Positions 1-8,657 of a stretch of DNA of 59,424 nt are shown here, in pieces (positions within the stretch are counted from its first letter, which is position 1; the number at the start of each line of letters is the position of its first letter). This stretch comes from a virus. Its lineage: Duplodnaviria > Caudoviricetes. The DNA lies in the IMG/VR virus record IMGVR_UViG_3300042879_001983, positions 1 to 59,424 of that record; one strand, 5' to 3'. A program made the position numbers and the translations under genes. The notes under the pieces were generated by a model. That model ran no database searches and was not told the origin of the DNA. It saw only the letters and a list, made by a program, of their open reading frames with translations.

Positions 1-708
1 TTGAGAACCTTGTGACTTATCAATTTGTAAAGAAAATTGAATATTATATATTCCAGAGTTTGCAATGACAATATGAGAACTATTTGCTATTGATACTTGA
101 TTTGAAAGGTCTGTTGTGTTTAGTCTAACTGGTTGATATGTATTGACGCCCACTACATTTTGTGTTGTGGTATCATAAAAACTTCCATAATATCCCGTAA
201 CAATACCAACAATATTTCCTGAATTGATATTAACAAATTCTGCTGTATTTGATGAAGAATCCCATTGTAAAAATTTTGAATTATAAGCACTTGAGTTTGT
301 TGCAACACCTACAACATCGTCCAAGTATCTTATTTGAGTTTCACCACCTCCACCTAATGTAGAGAGTTGTTGCTGAATACGAGAAAGGAAAGTGCTGTAA
401 TGTTTTTGTAAATCATCAAGTGTTGCAAACTTTTGATTGAGTGGTGTGAGTGGATCATTCTTATGTTTGGTATCTGATGGTTCAGATAATAAACCTAATG
501 ATTTTTCTATTAAAGTATCTTTTTTTACTTCTACTATTTCAACAATTTGAGGTTCTTGTATTTTCTTTTGAATAATTTTTTTCTTTTTGGGTTTCAGTTG
601 CTCAATAAAAAGTGTCTCAAAAGAATCACCAACTAAAGATTCTATCTCTAGTTTTTTCTTTTTATTTTCTTCTGCAACTATTTTAAATAATTCTGAAAGT
701 TCTTCCAT
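1..708 (-). CDS. Hypothetical phage protein, runs off the window edge
   Basis: Open frame from ATG at 708 (MEELSELFKIVAEE...LSTLGGGGETQIRYLDDV...) to position 1; TATAAATA late promoter at 729-736. Confidence 0.8.
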   Translation of the reverse strand, partial: MEELSELFKIVAEENKKKKLEIESLVGDSFETLFIEQLKPKKKKIIQKKIQEPQIVEIVEVKKDTLIEKSLGLLSEPSDTKHKNDPLTPLNQKFATLDDLQKHYSTFLSRIQQQLSTLGGGGETQIRYLDDVVGVATNSSAYNSKFLQWDSSSNTAEFVNINSGNIVGIVTGYYGSFYDTTTQNVVGVNTYQPVRLNTTDLSNQVSIANSSHIVIANSGIYNIQFSLQIDKSQGSQ

Positions 709-741
709 CAAAAATTATATTTCTTAGATATTTATATTCTA

Positions 742-807
742 TTATATCAGAGACATTAGAAAGAGGAGCACTCCGAATGCTATGAAGGCTGTGAGGATTG
801 TTAGCAT
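742..807 (-). CDS. 21-aa hydrophobic peptide (MLTILTAFIAFGVLLFLMSLI)
   Basis: ATG overlaps the upstream stop (TAATG); single TM-like segment; not in ORF track. Confidence 0.5.
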   Translation of the reverse strand: MLTILTAFIAFGVLLFLMSLI

Positions 808-1019
808 TACTTATCGTTATAAAGATTTTCTAGTCTTTCTTTGGTGAGGTCAACATATAAAAGTTCATCACCTTCTTTTGGTGCTTCTGGATGTTGAGGT
901 TTCTTTGGTCTTCTCATTTCCTCATTGATGGACTGGACATTTGCCCACATCATCGCAAAAGCACCTCCTGCGATGACTGCGAAGAATGTGAAGTAGATTA
1001 TTACTAAAAAGTTATTCAT
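807..1019 (-). CDS. Small membrane protein, DUF2973-like
   Basis: N-terminal TM segment and HPE..GDELL motif. Confidence 0.6.
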   Translation of the reverse strand: MNNFLVIIYFTFFAVIAGGAFAMMWANVQSINEEMRRPKKPQHPEAPKEGDELLYVDLTKERLENLYNDK

Positions 1020-1022
1020 AAG

Positions 1023-1043
1023 AAAAAAGACCCCGAAGGGTCT
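1023..1043 (-). terminator. Rho-independent terminator of psbD
   Basis: AGACCC-TTCG-GGGTCT hairpin followed by a T tract on the minus strand. Confidence 0.8.
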
Positions 1044-1051
1044 TGGTAAGT

Positions 1052-2113
1052 TTATAGGGCATTCCCTCTCGGCAAAATTTCTTCAGGAAAGACAAAGTTC
1101 TCATGAGGTTGGTCTACTGGAGCCATCCAAGCACGAAGACCTTCATTCAGAAGAATATTTTTCGTGTAAAATGTTTCAAACTCTGGATCTTCTGCCGCAC
1201 GAATTTCCTGAGATACAAAGTCGTAAGCACGAAGATTGAGGGCAAGACCAATGATTCCAATGGAACTTGTCCAGAGTCCCATGACGGGAACAAAGAGCAT
1301 AAAGAAGTGAAGCCAACGCTTGTTAGAAAAAGCAATACCGAATATTTGAGACCAGAACCGATTAGCAGTGACCATCGAATAGGTCTCTTCTTCTTGGGTT
1401 GGTTCGAATGCTTTAAAGGTGTTTGATTGGTCACTGTCTTCAAATAGTGTGTTTTCTACGGTAGCACCATGAATTGCACAGAGCAGTGCTCCTCCCAGTA
1501 TACCAGCAACTCCCATCATGTGAAAGGGGTTGAGTGTCCAATTATGAAAACCTTGTAGGAATAGGAGGAACCTAAAAATCGCTGCAACACCAAAACTCGG
1601 CGCAAAGAACCAACTCGATTGTCCGAGTGGATACATGAGAAACACACTGACAAAAACAGCAATAGGCCCAGAAAACGCGATAGCATTGTACGGTCTAATT
1701 CCTACGAGTCGTGCAATCTCAAACTGGCGAAGCATAAAACCAATCAGACTAAAGGCCCCGTGGAGCGCCACAAAAGTCCAGAGTCCCCCAAGTTGGAACC
1801 ACCTGACGATATCCCCTTGAGCCTCAGGACCCCAAAGTAGAAGAAGAGAATGACCCATAGCGTCTGCTGGGGTGCTTACCGCAGACGTTAAAAAATTGCA
1901 ACCTTCCAAATAACTTGATGCTAAACCGTGTGTATAAAAACTTGTGACGAATGTTGTTCCAGTCAACCATCCACCAAGAGCAAGATAAGCAGTTGGGAAT
2001 AGTAGTAATCCACTCCATCCAACAAACACAAATCTGTCCCTTTTCAACCAATCATCTAATAAATCAAACCAACCTTTTTGTTGAATAGGTTTTGTAAGCG
2101 TAGATGATACCAT
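1052..2113 (-). CDS. psbD: Photosystem II D2 protein
   Basis: [16 protein letters not shown]...PRGNAL; probable start ATG 2113 with GGAGG RBS. Confidence 0.99.
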   Translation of the reverse strand: MVSSTLTKPIQQKGWFDLLDDWLKRDRFVFVGWSGLLLFPTAYLALGGWLTGTTFVTSFYTHGLASSYLEGCNFLTSAVSTPADAMGHSLLLLWGPEAQGDIVRWFQLGGLWTFVALHGAFSLIGFMLRQFEIARLVGIRPYNAIAFSGPIAVFVSVFLMYPLGQSSWFFAPSFGVAAIFRFLLFLQGFHNWTLNPFHMMGVAGILGGALLCAIHGATVENTLFEDSDQSNTFKAFEPTQEEETYSMVTANRFWSQIFGIAFSNKRWLHFFMLFVPVMGLWTSSIGIIGLALNLRAYDFVSQEIRAAEDPEFETFYTKNILLNEGLRAWMAPVDQPHENFVFPEEILPRGNAL

Positions 2114-2141
2114 CAATCCTCCATTATCGTTTCTCATATTT

Positions 2142-2170
2142 AGTTTACAATACTTTACAAAATAGGTCAA
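2142..2170 (-). promoter_or_regulatory. Sigma70 promoter of psbD with an embedded HLR1-like direct repeat
   Basis: TTGACC-17nt-TAAACT; + strand TTTACAAT-AC-TTTACAAA at 2144-2161. Confidence 0.7.
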
Positions 2171-2179
2171 TAGGAATTT

Positions 2180-2614
2180 CTACTCACCTCTATGCCTTTT
2201 AACATAATCAATCATACTCTTAATCAACTCAACATCTTCATTTACATAACCAATAGTTCTATTGCAGACATTACAGAGAAGTCCACGAACCTCACCAGTT
2301 TTATGATTGTGGTCAACATAAAAAACATCTACTCCACCACCTCTACCAGATTTTCTACCTTTCGGGTCAGTGGAATTACAAATAGCACATTTATACCCTT
2401 GCTTTTCTAAAAGAGTATTATATTCCTCAATACCAATACCATAAACTCTTTTCAAATTTTCATCCCTCTTTTTTACTGGGTCGTAATTTTCTTGTTGTTT
2501 TTTCACATAACACTTTTTACATTTTCCGTGATGCCCATATGGACTACCGTTTCTTACAGTTTGATAGAACTCTGTAAGTGGCTTTAACTGGTTGCAGATT
2601 TTACAAGTTTTCAT
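2180..2614 (-). mobile_element. Free-standing EndoVII-family (F-CphI-like) homing endonuclease gene
   Basis: CxxC pairs and VDHNHKTGEVRGLLCNVCNRTIG; lies between psbA and psbD; CTAAATA late-promoter-like element upstream. Confidence 0.85.
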
Positions 2615-2664
2615 AATCGGTTTAGTTGTTAAAGTTATTATACCATAACTTTAAGTATTTAGCA

Positions 2665-2690
2665 ATAAAAAAGACCCCTTTCGGGGTCTC
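2665..2690 (-). terminator. Terminator of psbA
   Basis: AGACCCC-GAAA-GGGGTCT plus T tract. Confidence 0.8.
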
Positions 2691-2710
2691 TGTTAGAAAA
2701 CTCTAACTTA

Positions 2711-3790
2711 TCAACCAATCGCAGGAGCAGTCAAGGCAACAGGAGTTGCTTCGGCAGCAGCGAGGTCCAAAGGAAAATTATGTGCATTTCTCTCATGCAT
2801 CACTTCCATTCCGAGTCCAGCACGATTCAGGACATCTGCCCAAGTATTGAGCACACGACCCTGACTGTCCAGGATACTCTGATTGAAATTCAGACCGTTG
2901 AGATTAAAAGCCATAGTGCTCACACCAAGAGCGGTGAACCAGATACCTACAACAGGCCAGGCAGCAAGGAAGAAGTGCAGCGAACGGGAGTTATTGAACG
3001 AAGCATATTGAAAAATAAGGCGACCAAAATAACCATGAGCAGCAACAATGTTGTAGGTCTCTTCTTCTTGACCGAACTTATAACCATAGTTCTGAGATTC
3101 GGTTTCAGTAGTTTCACGAACTAAAGATGAAGTGACCAAAGAACCGTGCATTGCACTGAAGAGTGATCCGCCAAATACTCCCGCAACTCCAAGCATATGG
3201 AAGGGATGCATAAGAATGTTATGTTCTGCTTGGAAGACGAGCATGTAGTTAAACGTGCCCGAAATACCGAGAGGCATAGCATCAGAGAACGATCCTTGTC
3301 CGAAAGGATAGACCAAGAATACTGCAGAAGCGGCAGCAACGGGTGCGGAATATGCAACACAAATCCAGGGGCGCATCCCCAGGCGATACGACAATTCCCA
3401 CTCACGACCCATATAGGCATAGATGCCGATGAGGAAGTGGAAAACAACAAGTTGGAAAGGTCCACCATTGTACAACCATTCATCCAGAGAAGCAGCTTCC
3501 CAGATAGGATAGAAGTGAAGTCCAATAGCATTAGAAGAAGGAACAACAGCACCAGAGATGATGTTGTTTCCGTACATGAGAGAACCAGCAACTGGTTCAC
3601 GAATGCCGTCAATGTCCACAGGAGGAGCACCGACGAATGCGATAATGAAGCAAGTCGTAGCAGCAAGAAGGCAAGGAATCATAAGGACTCCGAACCAACC
3701 AACATAGATACGGTTGTTAGTGGAAGTAACCCACTCACAGAATTGGTTCCAGGTATTTGTGGAACGTTGTTGAGCAATTGTAGCAGTCAT
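2711..3790 (-). CDS. psbA: Photosystem II D1 protein, intronless
   Basis: Full 359-aa D1 with [13 protein letters not shown] and C-terminal extension. Confidence 0.99.
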   Translation of the reverse strand: MTATIAQQRSTNTWNQFCEWVTSTNNRIYVGWFGVLMIPCLLAATTCFIIAFVGAPPVDIDGIREPVAGSLMYGNNIISGAVVPSSNAIGLHFYPIWEAASLDEWLYNGGPFQLVVFHFLIGIYAYMGREWELSYRLGMRPWICVAYSAPVAAASAVFLVYPFGQGSFSDAMPLGISGTFNYMLVFQAEHNILMHPFHMLGVAGVFGGSLFSAMHGSLVTSSLVRETTETESQNYGYKFGQEEETYNIVAAHGYFGRLIFQYASFNNSRSLHFFLAAWPVVGIWFTALGVSTMAFNLNGLNFNQSILDSQGRVLNTWADVLNRAGLGMEVMHERNAHNFPLDLAAAEATPVALTAPAIG

Positions 3791-3799
3791 TTGTTTTAA

Positions 3800-3905
3800 A
3801 AGGTAGTAAGACCATCGGGGAAATGGTGGAGTTACTATGTTCCCCGCACCCTCAGCGGGGATATGAGAGATACTTTACTTCTCGTGATCTCGGTTTGAGA
3901 AGTCA
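3800..3905 (-). ncRNA. Structured psbA 5' leader, PhotoRC-II-like
   Basis: Hairpins CCCCGC..GCGGGG, ACCAT..ATGGT, AGTAA..TTACT, CTTCTC..GAGAAG directly upstream of psbA. Confidence 0.6.
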
Positions 3906-3942
3906 ACATTAAGAATCTGTAACGGTTCTTAACTTGTTGATG

Positions 3943-3976
3943 TATTTATCATACTACGGTTTGCCGTAAGAGTCAA
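3943..3976 (-). promoter_or_regulatory. psbA promoter: sigma70 plus overlapping late-type element
   Basis: TTGACT-17nt-TATGAT overlapping ATAAATA. Confidence 0.75.
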
Positions 3977-4043
3977 GCCCCAATATGAGCCCCAATGTGG
4001 GGACACTTTGCTAAATAATAGTAGTGTTTATTACTAAGAAAAA

Positions 4044-4505
4044 ATGAAAAGACTTCTTTTAGCCTTTTCGTTATTCTTTATCACTCCTGTAAGTGCTGCT
4101 GAAATTACATCAAGAATTACTGATTCTGTTCAATTAGGTGTACAGGGCGCGGCGGTTCAGTCAACAAGAATTGGGGCATCATATTCTGCCTCAGGTACAA
4201 ATATTCAAGCAACTTCATTCGGTGGTGTAAGTGGCGCTGGAACTTACGATATTAATACGGCAGGTCAAGCATTTACTTTCTCAGAAAGTTTCAATGCTGC
4301 TGATTCAATCGTCACCACTCAGTCGGTCTCTGGTGGAGTTATTGCTTCTCCCAACCTTTATGGGGATAGTGTTACTCAGTTAGCAGGAGACAAAGGTTCT
4401 CTCGCTGGTACATTATCACCTACAGGTGTTCCTACTGTTACTGCTGGTGGTCCTGGTACTACAGCAACAGCACAACGTAGCGTTGAATTGAGCGTATTCA
4501 AATGA
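4044..4505 (+). CDS. Secreted beta-rich hypothetical protein
   Basis: Signal peptide ending VSA-AE; CTAAATA at 4011-4017. Confidence 0.8.
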   Translation: MKRLLLAFSLFFITPVSAAEITSRITDSVQLGVQGAAVQSTRIGASYSASGTNIQATSFGGVSGAGTYDINTAGQAFTFSESFNAADSIVTTQSVSGGVIASPNLYGDSVTQLAGDKGSLAGTLSPTGVPTVTAGGPGTTATAQRSVELSVFK

Positions 4506-4861
4506 AAAGTATCCTAGCAGGGTTGCTCCTGCTAGGGTTTTCTTGTCCTGCCCTAGCTGAACAAGTTGTTCCTAATTTTACTAGAGGAACAATCACTGCA
4601 ACCACAGAATCGACTACAAAGATTGTAGAAACAATTCGCCAAGTTGAATATACAACTGGCACATCTTACACTGTAACTGGAACAAACATCAATATTCCTG
4701 GTAATCCAACACCTGGAGCCAATTATACTATTATGAATCAAGGCGCTCCATTCCAGTTCAGCGAAACTTATCTCGGCCCAGGAGTGGCTAAGGAAACATG
4801 GATAGATCGCAGTACAGAAACAAATTCGGTTACAAACTCGGTATCTGTCTTTACACAGTAA
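4502..4861 (+). CDS. Secreted hypothetical protein, paralog of 4044-4505
   Basis: Signal peptide ending ALA-EQ; ATGA overlap; shared motifs. Confidence 0.8.
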   Translation: MKSILAGLLLLGFSCPALAEQVVPNFTRGTITATTESTTKIVETIRQVEYTTGTSYTVTGTNINIPGNPTPGANYTIMNQGAPFQFSETYLGPGVAKETWIDRSTETNSVTNSVSVFTQ

Positions 4862-5439
4862 CAGGAATATTATTACTATCTCTTGCAGGTTCGACAAAAA
4901 GTAAAGCTCAGCAAGCACCGAGCAATACTAATATTGCAGGACCCTCAGCATCTGCGACTGGTAACGTAACTAACCAGGCAGTTCAGGTGCTTCAGGGTCC
5001 TTATGCAATGAATACTTATGGTGGTGGGGTTAGTTGCCAAGGTCCAACAATGAGCGTTGCTCCATTTGCATTAGGAAATTTTAATGGGAGTCAAGATCCA
5101 GAGTCTTATCAATCTTATAATGGGAATTTTGGTGTAAGTCTAGGATTTAATTTCCCCCTCGATGGTTCATTACAAGAACTTTGTAAAGAAAGAGCAAGAA
5201 CAGAAATAAAAAGACAAAACGCAGAAGCGGATAAAGCACGTCTCGATTTTGAATTAGTTAGGTTATTGAAATGCGGTGAAGCAAAAAAATCAGGTATCGA
5301 CTTTCATCCAAATAGTCCATATGCAAGTGTTTGTGCTGATGTAATAATACAACCACCAAAAATTGTTACAATTGACCCTGTTGGATCTCTAAATATAAAG
5401 ACACCTCCTAAGCAAGTCAATGGGCAAACCCAAAAATAA
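4798..5439 (+). CDS. Secreted or membrane-anchored hypothetical protein
   Basis: Hydrophobic N-terminal segment, beta-rich middle, coiled-coil-like Cys-containing C-terminus. Confidence 0.75.
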   Translation: MDRSQYRNKFGYKLGICLYTVTGILLLSLAGSTKSKAQQAPSNTNIAGPSASATGNVTNQAVQVLQGPYAMNTYGGGVSCQGPTMSVAPFALGNFNGSQDPESYQSYNGNFGVSLGFNFPLDGSLQELCKERARTEIKRQNAEADKARLDFELVRLLKCGEAKKSGIDFHPNSPYASVCADVIIQPPKIVTIDPVGSLNIKTPPKQVNGQTQK

Positions 5440-5521
5440 AAAAAGTAAGTCTGCTAACGCCAAGCAGAATTCTGGTAATGCTACAGCGAAAAAAGCAAAG
5501 AATGGTGGTAAGAAGAAGTGA
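5420..5521 (+). CDS. 33-aa highly basic peptide
   Basis: MGKPKNKKSKSANAKQNSGNATAKKAKNGGKKK; CTAAATA upstream; TGATG overlap with the next ORF. Confidence 0.55.
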   Translation: MGKPKNKKSKSANAKQNSGNATAKKAKNGGKKK

Positions 5522-5697
5522 TGGAGTTCATCGCTTTTATGATAGTTGGTTACATTGAAACAAATCCTGGTCAATGCACTTTAGAATATTTTAGATATAA
5601 CGAAATACACTCACTAGTAGTACCGTGCCAAGAGAATGGAACACTCCAAAGAGGGAGTGTTGGAATGCTCCAATCCATCAGATTCTCAAAGCTATAG
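5521..5697 (+). CDS. 58-aa hypothetical protein
   Basis: MEFIAFMIVGYIETNPGQC...; coupled to the upstream stop. Confidence 0.5.
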   Translation: MEFIAFMIVGYIETNPGQCTLEYFRYNEIHSLVVPCQENGTLQRGSVGMLQSIRFSKL

Positions 5698-5825
5698 ACA
5701 ATCACACTCGTCTTTGGATGGAGACGGGTGACTATTGGCATGAAGAACAGGCCCAGATCTTGAGAAAGTATGTAAAAGATTTGAAAGTCTGGATTCATAA
5801 ACAAGAAGGATGGTGGGATGAATGA
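5625..5825 (+). CDS. Hypothetical protein
   Basis: 66-aa Trp-rich ORF overlapping the next start. Confidence 0.6.
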   Translation: MPREWNTPKRECWNAPIHQILKAIDNHTRLWMETGDYWHEEQAQILRKYVKDLKVWIHKQEGWWDE

Positions 5826-6568
5826 AAAAGATCCTCACAGCAATCGGGTTATCATTAACCTTTTCATTTCCAGTTAATGCAAATAAATTAGAAAAGACTC
5901 AACCAACTGTTCCCGCATATAGCGTAGCAGCGATGGGTTGTATGATACTCAGAGAATGTACAGAAGGGGTTGAACAACTTACACCAGAGTCTGATATACT
6001 TAAAAGCGCATCTTTTGATCCATTCAGAGAAGAAATTAAAAGTATTTTAACTGCTTTGAATAAAGTTAACGTCCCTGTATATGTTGGGCAGAGTAGATAC
6101 TTTACTCCAAGAACAGTCGGACTTTACAAACCAAAGTATAATCGTTTCTTTGTTAATGAAAATCTTTTAAAAGATCCTAGAGAATTTCTGGGAACAATGA
6201 GACATGAGGGTTGGCATGTCGTCCAAGACTGTATGGGTGGTGGAATTGAAACATCTTTTATGGCTCAGGTTCATCAAGATTCTGAGATTCCATCTTGGGT
6301 AATGAAGAGCACGAGACTTGCATATGAATCAATGATGCAAAGTCGTGCAGTTCCTTGGGAGGCAGATGCTAACTGGGCAGAAGAGCAGTCAAATGTAACC
6401 GCACAGAAGTTAGAAATGTGTGCGAAAGGTCCATTGTGGGAACAGATTCGTCCAACACCAATGACGATGGAATGGTTAATCGGTTGCGGATGGATGAAAC
6501 CACAAGAAGGTTACAAAGAATATACTCCAAATCAAAAATCAGAGTATTGTGTGGAGGGTAAATACTAA
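5822..6568 (+). CDS. Secreted zincin-like metallopeptidase
   Basis: Signal peptide; RHEGWHVVQD (HExxH) and downstream WEADA. Confidence 0.7.
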   Translation: MKKILTAIGLSLTFSFPVNANKLEKTQPTVPAYSVAAMGCMILRECTEGVEQLTPESDILKSASFDPFREEIKSILTALNKVNVPVYVGQSRYFTPRTVGLYKPKYNRFFVNENLLKDPREFLGTMRHEGWHVVQDCMGGGIETSFMAQVHQDSEIPSWVMKSTRLAYESMMQSRAVPWEADANWAEEQSNVTAQKLEMCAKGPLWEQIRPTPMTMEWLIGCGWMKPQEGYKEYTPNQKSEYCVEGKY

Positions 6569-6675
6569 TGTCTCATGCTGTTGTTTGGATATTAAACAAT
6601 CCAATAACTTTAGGGATACTTTGTTTTTGTTTAGTAATTTTTCCTATTGTGGGTATTTGGTATGTCCATAAATGA
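6568..6675 (+). CDS. 35-aa membrane peptide
   Basis: TAATG coupling; one TM segment. Confidence 0.45.
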   Translation: MSHAVVWILNNPITLGILCFCLVIFPIVGIWYVHK

Positions 6676-6820
6676 TTTTCCCTGGGGAGTTGTTATAATA
6701 TTATCTTGCGGACTTGCGTTCACAGGATACATCATTTACTACATATTAAGATTAGCATATATGGAGATGCAAGATGAAGAACCTAGCACTCATTCTATCA
6801 GCAACAAGTCTAGCGATTAG
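6662..6820 (+). CDS. 52-aa membrane peptide
   Basis: MSINDFPWGVVIILSCGLAFTGYIIYYILRLAY... Confidence 0.45.
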   Translation: MSINDFPWGVVIILSCGLAFTGYIIYYILRLAYMEMQDEEPSTHSISNKSSD

Positions 6821-6983
6821 TGGAGCACTTTGTTATGGTGCTTATGTGACTTATCAAAAGGCACAGAATATTCTGAATAATCCAGAAGAGTTTGTTGGTG
6901 CTGTTGTTGAAAAACAAGTTAATAAAGCATTTGAAAAACTACCTATTCCTAAACTAAATACTGAGAAGTTTAAACTATTCTGA
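6774..6983 (+). CDS. Small membrane protein
   Basis: N-terminal TM segment, amphipathic tail. Confidence 0.65.
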   Translation: MKNLALILSATSLAISGALCYGAYVTYQKAQNILNNPEEFVGAVVEKQVNKAFEKLPIPKLNTEKFKLF

Positions 6984-6986
6984 AGA

Positions 6987-7421
6987 ATGTCAGACAAAGA
7001 TCCATACATCTATAGAATACGTTCAGTTCATAAGGTAGTAGATGGCGACACTATTGACGCTGATATTGATTTGGGTTTTGATATCTCCCTTACTAAGCGA
7101 ATTCGTCTTGCTGGTGTCGATACCCCAGAGAGCAGAACAACTAATGCGTATGAAAAGAAACTTGGTCTTGAAGTTAAAGAGTGGCTTAAAAAGAAATTAG
7201 AAGGTCAGACTGATATTATTGTAAAAACAGAACTCCCAGATTCGACCGAAAAATACGGAAGAATTCTGGGACATCTTTTTATTGGGGACAAAGAAGTATC
7301 AGCAGTGAATAAAAAGAAATCCATCAATCAACAAATGATTGATGAAGGTTATGCTTGGGAATATGATGGTGGTACAAAGAAAAAGGACTTTGCTTTATTG
7401 GAATCTAGGAGGCAAAAATGA
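6987..7421 (+). CDS. Thermonuclease (staphylococcal nuclease) family protein
   Basis: VVDGDT, IRLAGVDTPE, KYGRILG motifs. Confidence 0.9.
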   Translation: MSDKDPYIYRIRSVHKVVDGDTIDADIDLGFDISLTKRIRLAGVDTPESRTTNAYEKKLGLEVKEWLKKKLEGQTDIIVKTELPDSTEKYGRILGHLFIGDKEVSAVNKKKSINQQMIDEGYAWEYDGGTKKKDFALLESRRQK

Positions 7422-7555
7422 CTGCTGCACCAGTAAAAGAAAAGCGTAAGGAAGAGAAAGATAATATCTTTCTTGAAATTCTTTACAACGTTTCAATTCA
7501 ATTACCAGTCTTAGTAATTGGGTGGATTATTACACAATTCACATCAGATAGATAA
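7418..7555 (+). CDS. 45-aa membrane peptide
   Basis: ATGA overlap with the nuclease stop; C-terminal hydrophobic segment. Confidence 0.4.
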   Translation: MTAAPVKEKRKEEKDNIFLEILYNVSIQLPVLVIGWIITQFTSDR

Positions 7556-8437
7556 TTTAGCAGACAATTTTTTAGCAATTTTTTTAGCGGGGGCAAAGAG
7601 AGATTTAAATCTTTCTTTGCCCTCTTTTGTAAACTTATCTTTGATAATATCATCAATAATAATCTTATTGTCTATTTCGTAAAGAGCATTAATCTCAACT
7701 TGATCCCGAATATATTGCTCTACATTAGTAACTTGTTCTACAAGTTTTGTCCCATTTTCAGAATATTCAAAAATATCAACGTGCCCTTCTTCTGCTAAGA
7801 CATAGTGTAAAACAGGTTTAACTTGTTTGATTTTGATTTTAAATTTATTTTTAGTTGCTTCTTTAATGATTGGTTCTGCTGCGTTCTTTAATGCATTAAG
7901 AACAGTTGTAGACGCTATCGTAGCGGCAGTAGTTACTACTGCGACAGCACCAGCCGTAGCAACAAGAGAAGGATCAGGTAGATTAATATCTGCACCAAGA
8001 ACTGTAAAGGTTGGTTGAGGTTTATCTGCTGGTATTTCAGCAATAGGCGCTTGAGTGGGGGGAGTTTGAAAAACTTGAGGCACTTGAGGTGGGGGAGTAC
8101 TATTAGGTAAACTCCTGTTCTTATCTGCCTGTTCCTCTTGTTTTTTCTGATCTGCTTTTACAGCTGCATCAAACTCTTCCTGTGTTGGAACATTGATCAC
8201 AGGATATTTTATAGAAGGTCTAGGAAAGTCTATAATAGGAAGTCCTAGACCTTGTGTTACTGGAACTTCAAGCTTCGGGGCGGGCAGACGCTCTACTGTA
8301 GTCTGGGGAATCCCCTGGATCGCAGTTTGGGCAACCTGTGGTTGCTGAAGCATCGGCAACGAGTTCTGCTGGAGGTTCTGGTTCTGGAGTTGGTTCAACT
8401 GAGGTGATCCCAGGTTGTCTATTTGGTTGATCTCCAT
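7544..8437 (-). CDS. Pro/Gln-rich hypothetical protein with a central hydrophobic segment
   Basis: 297-aa ORF. Confidence 0.75.
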   Translation of the reverse strand: MEINQIDNLGSPQLNQLQNQNLQQNSLPMLQQPQVAQTAIQGIPQTTVERLPAPKLEVPVTQGLGLPIIDFPRPSIKYPVINVPTQEEFDAAVKADQKKQEEQADKNRSLPNSTPPPQVPQVFQTPPTQAPIAEIPADKPQPTFTVLGADINLPDPSLVATAGAVAVVTTAATIASTTVLNALKNAAEPIIKEATKNKFKIKIKQVKPVLHYVLAEEGHVDIFEYSENGTKLVEQVTNVEQYIRDQVEINALYEIDNKIIIDDIIKDKFTKEGKERFKSLFAPAKKIAKKLSAKLSI

Positions 8438-8636
8438 CCTTATCGTCTCCTTTTTTTAGAGTATCAACTCCAAAGGTAGCAGCTGCTGCAGTAAACACTG
8501 TAGCAATAAAGGTTGGATCCATTTTAGCAAGTAGACCCGCATATGATGCTGTGAGTAGAGCAGCACTCCAACTCAAAACAGTAATTCTAACGATAGTGCT
8601 CATACATCTTTCCTTTTTCTGTTGTGGTTCAGCCAT
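8268..8636 (-). CDS. Two-TM protein, holin candidate
   Basis: Two hydrophobic helices; directly downstream of the lysozyme. Confidence 0.5.
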   Translation of the reverse strand: MAEPQQKKERCMSTIVRITVLSWSAALLTASYAGLLAKMDPTFIATVFTAAAATFGVDTLKKGDDKDGDQPNRQPGITSVEPTPEPEPPAELVADASATTGCPNCDPGDSPDYSRASARPEA

Positions 8637-8657
8637 TGTCCTTGATTGAGAGTGAGG

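Noticed and set aside
2711-3790. Group I intron in psbA
   Set aside because: The frame is continuous and of normal length
1103-3799. Antisense and alternate-frame ORFs over psbD and psbA (up to 200 aa)
   Set aside because: Shadows of conserved genes with biased codons; no recognisable motifs
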